From: Chthonomonadaceae bacterium
GTDB taxonomy: Bacteria; Armatimonadota; Chthonomonadetes; Chthonomonadales; Chthonomonadaceae
NCBI GenBank assembly: GCA_035650735.1
Contig: DASRGZ010000096.1
Location: 87,526-151,525 of the forward strand
DNA length: 64,000 nt
Direction of reading: 5' to 3'
Positions 48,024-58,188 of the stretch are shown piece by piece (within the stretch, counting starts at the first letter, position 1; every line of letters starts with the position of its first letter). Both the position numbers and the translations under genes were made by a program. A model generated the notes under the pieces. It made no database searches and was not told the origin of the DNA. It worked only from the letters and a program-made list of their open reading frames with translations.

Positions 48024-51000
48024 TTATTGGCCTTTTATCCAGATGGATATTTCTCTGGCGATGGCAACCCCGCCAACGGTCACAACCACAACGCTAACTA
48101 TCACCGGGGCAACCGTAGTCGCTCCTGCGCCAACTGCGAAAGCCCCTCCAATCATGCCAATATCGCCAAGCACATTTCCGGCATGGCTGAGGGCAGGCCA
48201 GCCGAAGATATCGCTCATTTTCCCGATTACGTAGCCAATGCCACCGAGTCCTCCAAACCGGGCAGGCGCTCTGTTAAGGATTTTACCCAGATCATCTATC
48301 ACATCGGCCATGTGCCCGCTCGGATCGAGGCAATTGACGGGATCGTGATGGCAGTACAGATACGGAGGCTCACTCAGCACGGTATCCCTGGTGAGGAACC
48401 GGCCAACCTGCGGGTCGTAGTAGCGCGCTCCCACCAGCAGCAGGCCCCCATCCCCGTCGGTCCGGTAGCCTGAGGTGGCGGCGAACATATAGGGGTTGGC
48501 GCTGCTGCCCGTAGTGCCCACTGTCTGGCCGAAGGCATCATAGTTGATCGTGGCGGTTACGCTCTGGCTGGCGTTGGTGACGGTGCGCTCGGACCCTAAG
48601 CCATCGAAGAGCGGATACTCGCCATCCTTTCGCACCAGGGCGTTGCCGTAGGTGTAGGTGGCCGTTGTGGTCGAACCCTGGGCCTCCAGCCAGACATGCC
48701 CCAAGAGCGGGTCGGTCAGGAACTGGGTGGTCACCCCGCCCGCCGTCCGGCTGATGCGCCGACCGAGCGCGTCATAGGCGAAGCTCTTGGTCACGCCCCC
48801 GCCCGTGAGGCTGGTCAACTGGCCGTCGAAGTCATAGCTGAGCGTGTAGGCCGTGCCGGAGAGCGTGCGGCTGGTCTGCTCGCCGTTGGCATTGTAGCCA
48901 TAGCTGTTGACGATGCCGCCGCTGGTGCTGGTCAACTCATCGTCCGCATCGTAGGTGAAGCTGGTCGTTACCCCGCCTACCGTCTGGCTGGTGCGGTTTC
49001 CTACTCCGTCCACGACGTAGCTTTTGGTGTAGGGGTTGGTCCCCGTCCGGCTTTCCGAAGTGAGCCGGTGCGCCCCATCGTAGCCATAGCTGACGACGGA
49101 GCCGTCCGCCTCGGTCACGCTCGTCCGCAGGTCGTCGGCATTATAGCCATAGCTGAACGAGGAGAGGGTCGCGCCGCCGCCGGTCTTGTTGGTGACGCTG
49201 GTGAGGCGGTTGGCCGCATCATAGGCTTTGGTGACGCTGGTTCCGTTGGGGTTGGTGATGCTGGTCTCGTTGCCGTTGGCATCGTAACCGTAGGAGGTCG
49301 TGCCGCCGGTCTCCGAGACGGAGGCAAGCTCGTTACGGGCGGTATACGAATAAGTAATCACGCGCCCGTTGGTGTCGGTGAGCGTGGAGAGCAGCCCCTT
49401 CTGGCCTACCGCATCGTAGCTGTAGGTGAAGCGGGCCACATTGTTGAGCTTCTCACTCGTGATGCGGTTGGCCGCGTCGTAGGTGCGGCTCCAGGTTCCG
49501 TTCGAATCCGTCCAGCCGGTCAGGTTGCCCTCCGGATCGTAGCTGAACGTCTTCGTGCTCGAATCGGGATAGGTAATGGTGGTTACCCGCTCCCAATTGT
49601 CCAGCGTGTAGTTGGTCGTCCGGTTCAGCGCATCCGTCCGGCTGGTCTTGACGCCCAGGGCGTTGTAGCCGAACGAGGTGACGTGGCCCAGAGGCGTTGT
49701 CACGCTCGTCAGGTCGCCGTTGGCGTTGTAGCCATAGGTGGTCGTGTGATTGTTGCTGTCAGTCTTAGAATGAACGGTCCCATCCGCGTTATAGGTGTAG
49801 GAGGTAGTACTGAGAACCGTCCCGTTCGAATCCTTCTGCTGGGTCTGGATCAGGTTCCAGTTCAGGGTGGCATCGTAGGTGTTGACCGTCTGGTGACCGA
49901 GGGGGTCGGTGGCGGTCAGCACGCGGTTCCGGCTGTTGTAGGTCCAGGTCCACTGATGCGTTAATGGGTCCGTTCGGCTGGTGACGTTGCCGTTAGAATC
50001 GTAGCCGAACTGCCACAGATGCCCGTTGCGATCCGTCACGGAGGTCCGGTTGTTGTTGCTGTCGTAGCCGTAACTCTCTGTGTTATTCAGGGCGTCCACC
50101 ACCGAGGAGAGCCGCCCTGACGCATCGTAATTGTGCTTGATCACATGACCGTTCGGGTCTGTAATGACGGTCTGGCTCGTGTTGTAGGTAAAGCCTGTCT
50201 GGTTGAGCAAAGGGTCCTTCTGCCAGGCGAGGCTGTTGTCGGCGTTGTAGCCGAACGTCCAGTTGCTCCCGCGCCGGTCGGTGTAGGTGGTAATGTCGTG
50301 ATTGGCGTTATAGACGAACTGCTGCGTGTAGGTGAAGCCGCCCACCGCCGGCCAGGTGATGGTTACCAGGTCGTTGCTGGCGTTGTAACTGAGGGTCCAC
50401 TGCCGGTTGAGCGGGTCCGTGATCGTGCTGATTCGATTGCTTCCATCGTAGCCCAGAGTGATTGTCCGGTTCGTCGGGTCTACGATGCTGGTGAGGTAGT
50501 TGCTCGCGTTGTAGTTAAGCGTGATCGTATTGCCGTTCGGGTCGGAGATGGACGTGCAGTACCAGGTGCTGCCGCTCTGCCGCCCGAAGTGGTACTTGAT
50601 CTGCCCTTTCGTGATGACATCGTAGCTGGTGGCCGGGTTGCCGTTGGCGATCAACTGGTCGTGGACGCCGGGCGGAGGCGAGAAGCTGCCGTTGATGTTC
50701 TGCGTATACGGGACGTTTAGATCGTCGCCCCAGCGCATGGTCATAATGCCATTGTCAACGTCCCAGGTCAGTGTCAGCAGGAAGCTGTGCGTCCACTTCT
50801 GGCCGAGTTCCCGGTTGTAGCTGCCCTTGCTGTTGTGGTAAAGCGTGAACTGAACGGGCAAGCCGCCCCGCGCCGTCCAGCCGACCAGCGGGAAGCTGCT
50901 GAGCTTATTGCCGTTCACCGTGTTGGTGTTGTTGATATTGCCTTCCCACGGATAGGGCGTGCCGGCATCGGGATCAGTTCCGGTGGTGAAACCGTTCGGC

Positions 51001-51185
51001 ACAATCTGCGCGCCTACGATGGCCCGCATCTCGTCGGGCGTGAGCGTGCGGATATGGCCTACCGACGGCGACGGCTGCGCTAAAGCCAGCGCGCCCGGCG
51101 CTAACACGAATGACCAGACAAAGCAGATCACAGTCAAAAAAGCCAGGGGCCGCCAGACGCGGCGAAAGGTTCTTCGCTTATACAT
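48024..51185 (-). CDS. RHS/YD-repeat protein with signal peptide, double-glycine-type leader and hydrophobic C-terminal tip
   Basis: Many YD repeats, RHS core, PVNCLDPSG autocleavage motif, ~95-aa Gly/Ala/Val-rich tip. Confidence 0.92.
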   Translation of the reverse strand: MYKRRTFRRVWRPLAFLTVICFVWSFVLAPGALALAQPSPSVGHIRTLTPDEMRAIVGAQIVPNGFTTGTDPDAGTPYPWEGNINNTNTVNGNKLSSFPLVGWTARGGLPVQFTLYHNSKGSYNRELGQKWTHSFLLTLTWDVDNGIMTMRWGDDLNVPYTQNINGSFSPPPGVHDQLIANGNPATSYDVITKGQIKYHFGRQSGSTWYCTSISDPNGNTITLNYNASNYLTSIVDPTNRTITLGYDGSNRISTITDPLNRQWTLSYNASNDLVTITWPAVGGFTYTQQFVYNANHDITTYTDRRGSNWTFGYNADNSLAWQKDPLLNQTGFTYNTSQTVITDPNGHVIKHNYDASGRLSSVVDALNNTESYGYDSNNNRTSVTDRNGHLWQFGYDSNGNVTSRTDPLTHQWTWTYNSRNRVLTATDPLGHQTVNTYDATLNWNLIQTQQKDSNGTVLSTTSYTYNADGTVHSKTDSNNHTTTYGYNANGDLTSVTTPLGHVTSFGYNALGVKTSRTDALNRTTNYTLDNWERVTTITYPDSSTKTFSYDPEGNLTGWTDSNGTWSRTYDAANRITSEKLNNVARFTYSYDAVGQKGLLSTLTDTNGRVITYSYTARNELASVSETGGTTSYGYDANGNETSITNPNGTSVTKAYDAANRLTSVTNKTGGGATLSSFSYGYNADDLRTSVTEADGSVVSYGYDGAHRLTSESRTGTNPYTKSYVVDGVGNRTSQTVGGVTTSFTYDADDELTSTSGGIVNSYGYNANGEQTSRTLSGTAYTLSYDFDGQLTSLTGGGVTKSFAYDALGRRISRTAGGVTTQFLTDPLLGHVWLEAQGSTTTATYTYGNALVRKDGEYPLFDGLGSERTVTNASQSVTATINYDAFGQTVGTTGSSANPYMFAATSGYRTDGDGGLLLVGARYYDPQVGRFLTRDTVLSEPPYLYCHHDPVNCLDPSGHMADVIDDLGKILNRAPARFGGLGGIGYVIGKMSDIFGWPALSHAGNVLGDIGMIGGAFAVGAGATTVAPVIVSVVVVTVGGVAIAREISIWIKGQ

Positions 51186-51345
51186 AGCTCTTCCTTCCTC
51201 CGTTTATTGGCGTTGGAAGGGAAAATCGGCTATAATGCAAGGGCCGATCCCTTTTGATGGATCGGTACTCGCTCGGCCTTGCTCCGGCAAGAGTAAGAAG
51301 GCCGTGCGGCGTCAGAGAAGCGGGGGCATTCGGGCGAGGACAACG

Positions 51346-52101
51346 CTAACGCGATAGCCTCAGCAGAATGCCCCCTGTGCGTCTGAGCAGTTCGTCAGTG
51401 GTTATCACCTCCTCGTTTATCTTATTCGGGTCATGGATGGTCGCCCTATCTCCATCCACCGAGAGGATCGCCACGTAGTGATCGCCGTCCACCCAGGCGA
51501 TAGCTATGCGATCCAGATGGGCGAGGGCTTCACGGTCCATCTGTACGCCATCCGCTTGCAGCCCTTTGGCCTGGGCCGCGTGCGCCAATCCATCCAGGGT
51601 CGTGCCGCGAGAATTAGTGCCTGCGTGCTGGCGCAACTCGTCCAGGGTGGCCGGTATGCCGAGCTTACGGCAGGCGAGCAGGAGAGCGCGCGGCCCACAA
51701 TCGGTTGGCGCAGACGCGGACAAGGGGAGGTTCGGACTGGTTAGTGATGGATGGATCGCCCGGGAGGACGGGCCGGTCAGGGCGCGTTCGCAGAGGACGC
51801 GCTGGCGGACCAGGAAAGCGCGTTCGGCGTCCGTCCGGTGGGGAGAAGAGAGCAGAGTATCCAGCAGAGCGAGCGCGCAGTGATAGTCCTTGCGAGCGTA
51901 GCGGCGCACCGCTTCCTGGTACTCAGCGGAACTTCGAACAGAAAGGCGCTGGCTCTGGCGCAGGGGAACAGAGGTCGTGCTGCCAGCAGAGACGAGAATA
52001 GCAGTTGTATGCGGCTCCTTCCGCTGACATCCGGAACAACTTGCAAACAACCCTATTGTCGCCACAAAGACAAATCCGGCGAGAAAAGGTTGACGATGCA
52101 T
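51346..52101 (-). CDS. Stand-alone C39-family cysteine peptidase, probable lipoprotein
   Basis: Hydrophobic leader ending FASCSGC; DCGPRAL, GTTLDGL..AA..KGL, AWVDGDHYV, IHDP; no ABC domain. Confidence 0.85.
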   Translation of the reverse strand: MHRQPFLAGFVFVATIGLFASCSGCQRKEPHTTAILVSAGSTTSVPLRQSQRLSVRSSAEYQEAVRRYARKDYHCALALLDTLLSSPHRTDAERAFLVRQRVLCERALTGPSSRAIHPSLTSPNLPLSASAPTDCGPRALLLACRKLGIPATLDELRQHAGTNSRGTTLDGLAHAAQAKGLQADGVQMDREALAHLDRIAIAWVDGDHYVAILSVDGDRATIHDPNKINEEVITTDELLRRTGGILLRLSR

Positions 52102-52296
52102 ATACCCGCGTATGGCCTAGCTCTCCTGCTTGATTGTCTCTTCTGTATTAGCACTCGAAATATACGGATGCTAAAGTTAAAATGTTCCCAAGTTCTTGAG
52201 GGGCCAGGACAGGGCCATAGGCTAACTTGGCGATTTGGTTCTACGGGCTTGATCGCCCGGAAAGAAAAAAGAAAACGGTAGGACCCTGCTAATGGA

Positions 52297-53454
52297 CTAA
52301 ATCGAGCCATCCGTGATGGCCGCCGCAATCGCAGGCAGCAAGACGCCTTCCGGCCAGCCCACCGGAGAGTAGCCGACGCGCACTACAACCAGATCTAGAG
52401 AGGGCACGACGTAGCACCGATTGGAAGCGAAGCCCATAAAGGCGAAGGCGTCTTGCGGCACGCCCGGCCACTGGCTGCCGTTCGTGTTCGTCCAGAAGGT
52501 GTAACCGTAGCTGGGGTTAAGCTCCTGCGAGCTTCGGGTCGCCTGTTCCAGCCACTCCGCCGGAACGATCTGCTGCCCCTGCCAGCGGCCCCGGCGCAAG
52601 CAGAGGTATCCGAGGCGGGCAAAGTCACGGGCGGAGAGTCGCAGACCGCTGTGCGCGTTGGTGTGCGGCCCGATATGTCCCGCCCCGCCTTGCCGATCCC
52701 ATCCGAAGTTCTCGATGCCCACCGGCGCAAACACGCGCGCCTGCATATAGTCGGCGATCTCCTGGCCGGCGGCGCGGGCAAAGATCAGAGAAAGGTGCGC
52801 GAACGCGGCGTCCGAGTAGTCCCAGACCGTTCCCGGCTCGCCGAGCAGACGGGCGGCAGAATGGCCGAAACGGTTGGCCTCTTTTCCCAGGGCGATCTCA
52901 TACTCGCCGCCTCCCGGAGCCACCGCCAGACCGATAAGGCCGTGATCCTCTCCTGGAATGCCGGAGGTCATGCTCAGCAGATGCCGTAACGTGATCGTCT
53001 CCTTGAGGGGATCGGACAGGGGCAGCCCTTCAGGAATGAAGCGATAGGCCCGGCTGTCCAGGTCGATCTGCGTCTCCTGCGGAAGCTGACAACGGCGGCT
53101 GTCTTCCAGCAGCATTCCATAGGCGATGCTGGTCGCCGACTTGGTACACGACCAGACATCGAACGTGGTGGCGGGCATGGTCGGAACGGCATACCACTCC
53201 CGCACTAGATACCCATGCCGCACAATGACGATGGCCCACGGCCCGGCATAGAGGGAACGCTGCTTCTCTTCGACCAGGCGCAGGCGTTCTAGGTCCATGC
53301 CGGCCAGAGACCGCACGTCCGCCTCGGTTTGCGCGTGCCGCCATCCACCTGCCGACTCCGAAGGAGGGAAATACTCGTCCGGGTGTCCTGAGGCGGGCTC
53401 CTGCGGCTCTTCTCCGGATGGATGTGGTTGCACCCTGATTCTCCTTTCCCACAC
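52297..53454 (-). CDS. Serine hydrolase, beta-lactamase class C-like
   Basis: SCTK (SxxK), LRHLLSMTSG, WDYSD, SARDFARLG. Confidence 0.88.
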   Translation of the reverse strand: MWERRIRVQPHPSGEEPQEPASGHPDEYFPPSESAGGWRHAQTEADVRSLAGMDLERLRLVEEKQRSLYAGPWAIVIVRHGYLVREWYAVPTMPATTFDVWSCTKSATSIAYGMLLEDSRRCQLPQETQIDLDSRAYRFIPEGLPLSDPLKETITLRHLLSMTSGIPGEDHGLIGLAVAPGGGEYEIALGKEANRFGHSAARLLGEPGTVWDYSDAAFAHLSLIFARAAGQEIADYMQARVFAPVGIENFGWDRQGGAGHIGPHTNAHSGLRLSARDFARLGYLCLRRGRWQGQQIVPAEWLEQATRSSQELNPSYGYTFWTNTNGSQWPGVPQDAFAFMGFASNRCYVVPSLDLVVVRVGYSPVGWPEGVLLPAIAAAITDGSI

Positions 53455-53565
53455 AGTTCCTCTGCTGTTCCAGAGTTCGACTGTTTTCCGGCCATCCCTT
53501 CCCGCTGTACGGAGTTCCTTAGAAGTGCGTGGCGGCTTAACCAGGGGCGAGAAATACTCCAGCGC

Positions 53566-53781
53566 TCAAAAGGGGAGAGAAGACCGCTGCAGCAGGATCT
53601 CGGATATATCCAGGCCCTCCTCTTCCGTCGGAGCCTCCGTGCGGACCACTTCCCGCTGCACGCCGTAGGCGATGAGCAGCGCCATAACGCAGCAAAAGGC
53701 TACCAGAATTAGCGAAGAGGCCGTTACCGTCAGGCCCGTACAATTGAGAAAATCCTGCCAGAGCGCATCGAGGTTGAACAT
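53566..53781 (-). CDS. Small hypothetical membrane protein
   Basis: MFNLDALW..., one TM, acidic tail; AAGGA RBS. Confidence 0.5.
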   Translation of the reverse strand: MFNLDALWQDFLNCTGLTVTASSLILVAFCCVMALLIAYGVQREVVRTEAPTEEEGLDISEILLQRSSLPF

Positions 53782-54000
53782 TGTCCTGTCCTTCCGCTGG
53801 TTGCCCGGAGCGGCGGCCTGTGCGCGCCGCATTCCTGGGGTGGGGAGTGATGGCCCCATTATAAGCAAGGACAGGATCGGATGCATAAGGAATTGGTCAC
53901 ATTTTCGGTATGAAGGAAGCCCCAATTGGGCCGGGACTTTTTTCACAGAGCCAGGCGCAAACTCTCTATGGAAGGGAAAAGCGCCTGCTTTGGGGAGCGG

Positions 54001-54735
54001 TCACGAAGAGATGCCTGCCGCCGGGCGTGTCATCAAGAGGCCGGCCCAGCGCGGAGGACGGCGCGCGAAGAGACGCGCCCAGCGCGGGCGCAATCCGTCT
54101 TGCAAGGGGCGGAAACCCATGCGCTCATACAGGCGGCGCGCGTCTGTGTTGCTGAGCAGAACGTGCAGGGCCAGGCGTGTCCGGCCCTGTTCCAGAGCCC
54201 AGCGGGCCGCATCCTCCAGCAGCTTCGTTCCGGCTCCGCGCCCACGCTCCGCTGCTGCTACCGCTAGCGCCTCGATATAGACCAGATCCGCCGCCTGAGG
54301 CGTGCGCCGCTCCAGGTACTTGTAGGCCAGAATGCTGCTGACAAAGGCGCGCAAGGCGCGCAGCAGGCCCAACTGGTGGCAGAGCAGACGCCAATAGGCC
54401 CCGATGCTGCCCTGCGCCAACGGTTCGCCCACCCGCAGTACCATCGCGCCGACAACCCGGCCCCCGCGCTCGCAGACGCGCGTTGTCCGCAGCGCCACCA
54501 GGCCGGCCCGATAGAGCTCGGTGAGCAGCCAGGCCAGTTCCTCGTCACGCAGCGGCCCGAACATCCAGCGATAGAGTCCAGGAAAGGCCTCCACCAGAAT
54601 ATCCGCGATGGCCTCGGCGTCCTCCGAGCGCGCCGCGCGCACGCTCCAGGGGCTGCCCGTGGCGGACGCCTGCGCCCTGCCGGCGGCAGCCTCCCCGGAT
54701 ACCTCTGTCCATTGGCCTGTTGGCTCCGTTTTCAC
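54001..54735 (-). CDS. GNAT family N-acetyltransferase
   Basis: YIEALAV..ERGRGAGTKLL, NTDARRLYERMGF. Confidence 0.88.
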   Translation of the reverse strand: MKTEPTGQWTEVSGEAAAGRAQASATGSPWSVRAARSEDAEAIADILVEAFPGLYRWMFGPLRDEELAWLLTELYRAGLVALRTTRVCERGGRVVGAMVLRVGEPLAQGSIGAYWRLLCHQLGLLRALRAFVSSILAYKYLERRTPQAADLVYIEALAVAAAERGRGAGTKLLEDAARWALEQGRTRLALHVLLSNTDARRLYERMGFRPLQDGLRPRWARLFARRPPRWAGLLMTRPAAGISS

Positions 54736-54773
54736 CTTGACAACTCCCCCTGTTGCGCTCTATACTCGTTTAG

Positions 54774-55400
<627 letters not shown>

Positions 55401-55497
55401 GACTCGCCTCGCTCCTGAAAAAACGCACGGGCCGGGGTTCCACGCCCCGCGCCCGTTGGTTCCTTCAACCGCCTTTTGATCTAACCCCCCGGCCCTC

Positions 55498-55637
55498 ACT
55501 GCCAGGGTCGGCGCTCAATGGTTCGGCCCACTGCCAGGGTCGGGGCTACAACGGACTGCCAGGGGCGGCAAGGTTAGGGCCCCTGCCTCCGCCTGGCCAC
55601 ACCCCGCCGCCTGGCGACAACCCTCTGCCTGGCGACA
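55498..55637 (+). repeat. Nested A3-B3 repeat element, copy 5
   Basis: Three ACTGCCAGGG.. units then three ..GCCTGGC.ACA units, inside a REP-like frame. Confidence 0.85.
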
Positions 55638-55680
55638 CCTGGCGTCCCTGCGGGGGAAGGGGGACCTGGCCTTAATGCTG

Positions 55681-55725
55681 AAAAAAATACGCCACCGAAC
55701 TATACCGTAAAGTTCGGTGGCGTAT
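55681..55725 (-). terminator. Intrinsic terminator of the minus-strand gene 55781-56092
   Basis: 15-bp stem ATACGCCACCGAACT/AGTTCGGTGGCGTAT with adjacent A run (U tract on minus). Confidence 0.8.
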
Positions 55726-55780
55726 CCGATTTTAGCAGCGCGCCGAGAAAGGCGCCATGCCCGCCGAAGCGGACCGTTGT

Positions 55781-56092
55781 TTAGCGCCGTCCCAGGCCCC
55801 GCAGGTGGGGCAGACGTGCCATTATCTGCGCGTTGGAATGCGCTGTCTGCGCGAGAGCCGTTGGCGCGGCGGAAGACGCCCTCGTTTCCCCTGCCGGGAT
55901 CAGGCTGCCGAGAGCGAAAACCCCTCCAGCCAGCAGCGCGCCCAATCCCAGGGAGCCGAGGATCAGGCGCAGATCCAGGAACGCGCCCTCCTCCCTCCGT
56001 AGCGCGCGGCGACGCGGGGGGCGAGCCAATTCACCGGCGCGCTCTTTCTGTGGGAGGGTCAGCGGGCGGGAAACGATCTCAAACGAAGACAT
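55781..56092 (-). CDS. Hypothetical single-TM protein
   Basis: AAGGAG RBS, one hydrophobic helix, followed by terminator. Confidence 0.55.
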   Translation of the reverse strand: MSSFEIVSRPLTLPQKERAGELARPPRRRALRREEGAFLDLRLILGSLGLGALLAGGVFALGSLIPAGETRASSAAPTALAQTAHSNAQIMARLPHLRGLGRR

Positions 56093-56262
56093 GGCTCCAA
56101 TCTCCTTATCGGGGCTTTGCGCTGCCTGGCTCTATCGAGCCTGGGCTATTGACGTGGTTGATTATATCGGCTTAAAATCCCGCTGTCTGTATCGTCGATC
56201 ACACTCCCAAAGTAACTTTTTTCGCAGGCACGCGGTTTGTCCTGCTGTATCTGCCCCAGCGC

Positions 56263-57057
56263 TCAGGCCGCCAGACCCATCGTCCTCAGATTTTCCAGGC
56301 TGATGCGGGCGCTCTCGAAGGGGTCGCCCTGGCAGTGGTCCTGCTCGACAATGTACCACTCGGCATACGGCGCGGCCTCTGCAATCGCTTGGAAATCCAG
56401 AGAGCCCGTGCCCACCGGCGTAAAGGCGCGCGTTTCGCTATGGTCTGTCGTCTGCAAGCCTTCCGGGGTCACGTCCTTGAAATGCACAAGCGGGCAGCGT
56501 GGTCCCACTTTGCACAGGTAAGCGATGGGATCCGCACCGGCACGCTTCATCCAGTGGACATCTACCTCCACGCCCAGATGCTCCGGGCCTACAATTTCAC
56601 TTAGCATATCCAGCGCGTACTGGCCGTTGAAGCGGGCCAATTCAAAATCGTGATGATGATACAGAAGCTTCAGGCCGCTGCGTTCGCATTGGGAAGCAAT
56701 GGGCTGGATCAACCGGGCCGTTTGCCGGTACGCCGCTTCATCCTTGCGGCGCTCCGGCTCGATCCAGGCAATCGCCACGTAGCGCGTGCCCAGCTCCTTG
56801 CAGAAGGCAATCATGCCCTCCGGGTCTGCTGCCCACTCTTCCAGTGAGATATGTACTCCCGCTGTCTGAAGGCCTAACCCGGCCATGCGCGTCTGCACCT
56901 GCGCCGCCGAAAGCCCGCCATAACCCAGCGAATGGACGTGTTCCACGCCCGCATATCCTAACCCCGCGATTCTTCCCAGTGTGCCGGGGAAGTCCCGCTG
57001 GGCCTGCTGGCGTACCGTCCACATTTGCAATGCAACTGGTTTCGCATGGCTGCTCAT
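56263..57057 (-). CDS. Sugar phosphate isomerase/epimerase
   Basis: ALQMWTVR, YHHHDFE, EVDVHW, HFKD, IVEQD. Confidence 0.88.
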   Translation of the reverse strand: MSSHAKPVALQMWTVRQQAQRDFPGTLGRIAGLGYAGVEHVHSLGYGGLSAAQVQTRMAGLGLQTAGVHISLEEWAADPEGMIAFCKELGTRYVAIAWIEPERRKDEAAYRQTARLIQPIASQCERSGLKLLYHHHDFELARFNGQYALDMLSEIVGPEHLGVEVDVHWMKRAGADPIAYLCKVGPRCPLVHFKDVTPEGLQTTDHSETRAFTPVGTGSLDFQAIAEAAPYAEWYIVEQDHCQGDPFESARISLENLRTMGLAA

Positions 57058-57144
57058 CTTTGTTCGTCTCCTCTCATGTGTTGTGCTCCTGGATCGGTCC
57101 GCAGGGCAGGGGAGAGCACGCAGCAGTCCCCTTCTGCAAGCAAA

Positions 57145-58188
57145 TTAGAGAGCGTTCTCAACGTCTGACATAGTTATCCCCGTGCGCTCTTGCAGCAGGG
57201 CTGCCACATATTGCATTTGGTCCGCATCCCGGCGCATGAGCGCTTCGGCTTCGGGCCGCATGCCTTGCCGGGCGGCCCCGAATCGTAAGGAGATCAAGAC
57301 GCTCAGGAGCAGCCGGGTAGACGCGATGACCTCGAAAAACTCGATCTGGGCAACTGCCTTTCCTGCCAGCCGCTCGTACAGACGCAGCTCGGTTTCGCCT
57401 CCGTCTGGCTGGGCGGTTGCTCGCAGGACCAACCGGTTGATCAACCAGGTCCAGGCGAGATCCGTTCGATAGTCTGCCAGCCGGACATTCGACCAATCTA
57501 TGACGTAGGGAGCGCCGTCGGCACGCAGCAGGACGTTGTTGGGATGAAAATCGCCATGGACGACGGCAAGGTGCTCGCAGGAAACTGTACTACGGCGGGA
57601 ACTCAGCCAGGCGAGGACGCCGCGTAGGGAGGAAGGCTCTCGCCCTTCAAGCCGATGGAGCAGAGTAAATAGGTTGGAGAGTTCGTGATCCAGGAAGAGA
57701 GACGGAGCCTGCGAGTCTGCCAATGGAGAATCGGGAAGAATTGCGCTGCCATTGAGTTCGTGAAGCTCGACCATCAGTCGGCAGAGCAAGGCTTGAAGGT
57801 CCTGGCGCTGTGCCCCCGATGCCGACCAGTAGGACGCCCCCAGGGAGACGCCGTGAATCCGCTCCATAATCACAAAGGGCCGACCGAGAGGCGATGGGTC
57901 GGATCGGAGCAAGAGAATCTGCGGCACCGGGTATCCCGACGGCCTCAGTCGGCTCATTGCGACAAACTCCCGCGCCGCCTTCTCCGAAGCTCCTTCCCCG
58001 GCATACACGCGCAAGATGAGGTCTTGCGCTCCCCGGTCGCGATCTGTTAGTGTGAAGGCAAACACATCTGTTTCGAAGCCGCTGCCGAGGAGGGTGACCT
58101 CAGAGACGCCGAAACGGCCTTGTCCCGTCTCCTCTGAGTCATACACCGCCTGCAATCCTCGCTGAATCTCGGCTATGGTCCTATCCAT
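57145..58188 (-). CDS. Aminoglycoside phosphotransferase (APH/kinase-like) family protein
   Basis: GRPFVIMERI, HGDFHPNN, IDW; start uncertain (58188 or 58230). Confidence 0.85.
   Translation of the reverse strand: MDRTIAEIQRGLQAVYDSEETGQGRFGVSEVTLLGSGFETDVFAFTLTDRDRGAQDLILRVYAGEGASEKAAREFVAMSRLRPSGYPVPQILLLRSDPSPLGRPFVIMERIHGVSLGASYWSASGAQRQDLQALLCRLMVELHELNGSAILPDSPLADSQAPSLFLDHELSNLFTLLHRLEGREPSSLRGVLAWLSSRRSTVSCEHLAVVHGDFHPNNVLLRADGAPYVIDWSNVRLADYRTDLAWTWLINRLVLRATAQPDGGETELRLYERLAGKAVAQIEFFEVIASTRLLLSVLISLRFGAARQGMRPEAEALMRRDADQMQYVAALLQERTGITMSDVENAL

Larger units (their letters stand above)
46336..48710 (-). repeat. Diverged tandem duplication of a ~1.19-kb RHS-core/tip/immunity unit
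   Basis: 46336-47531 matches 47529-48710; at the junction CCCAAGAGCGG runs into CGGTAGCGTTTTGTACCG. Confidence 0.9.
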
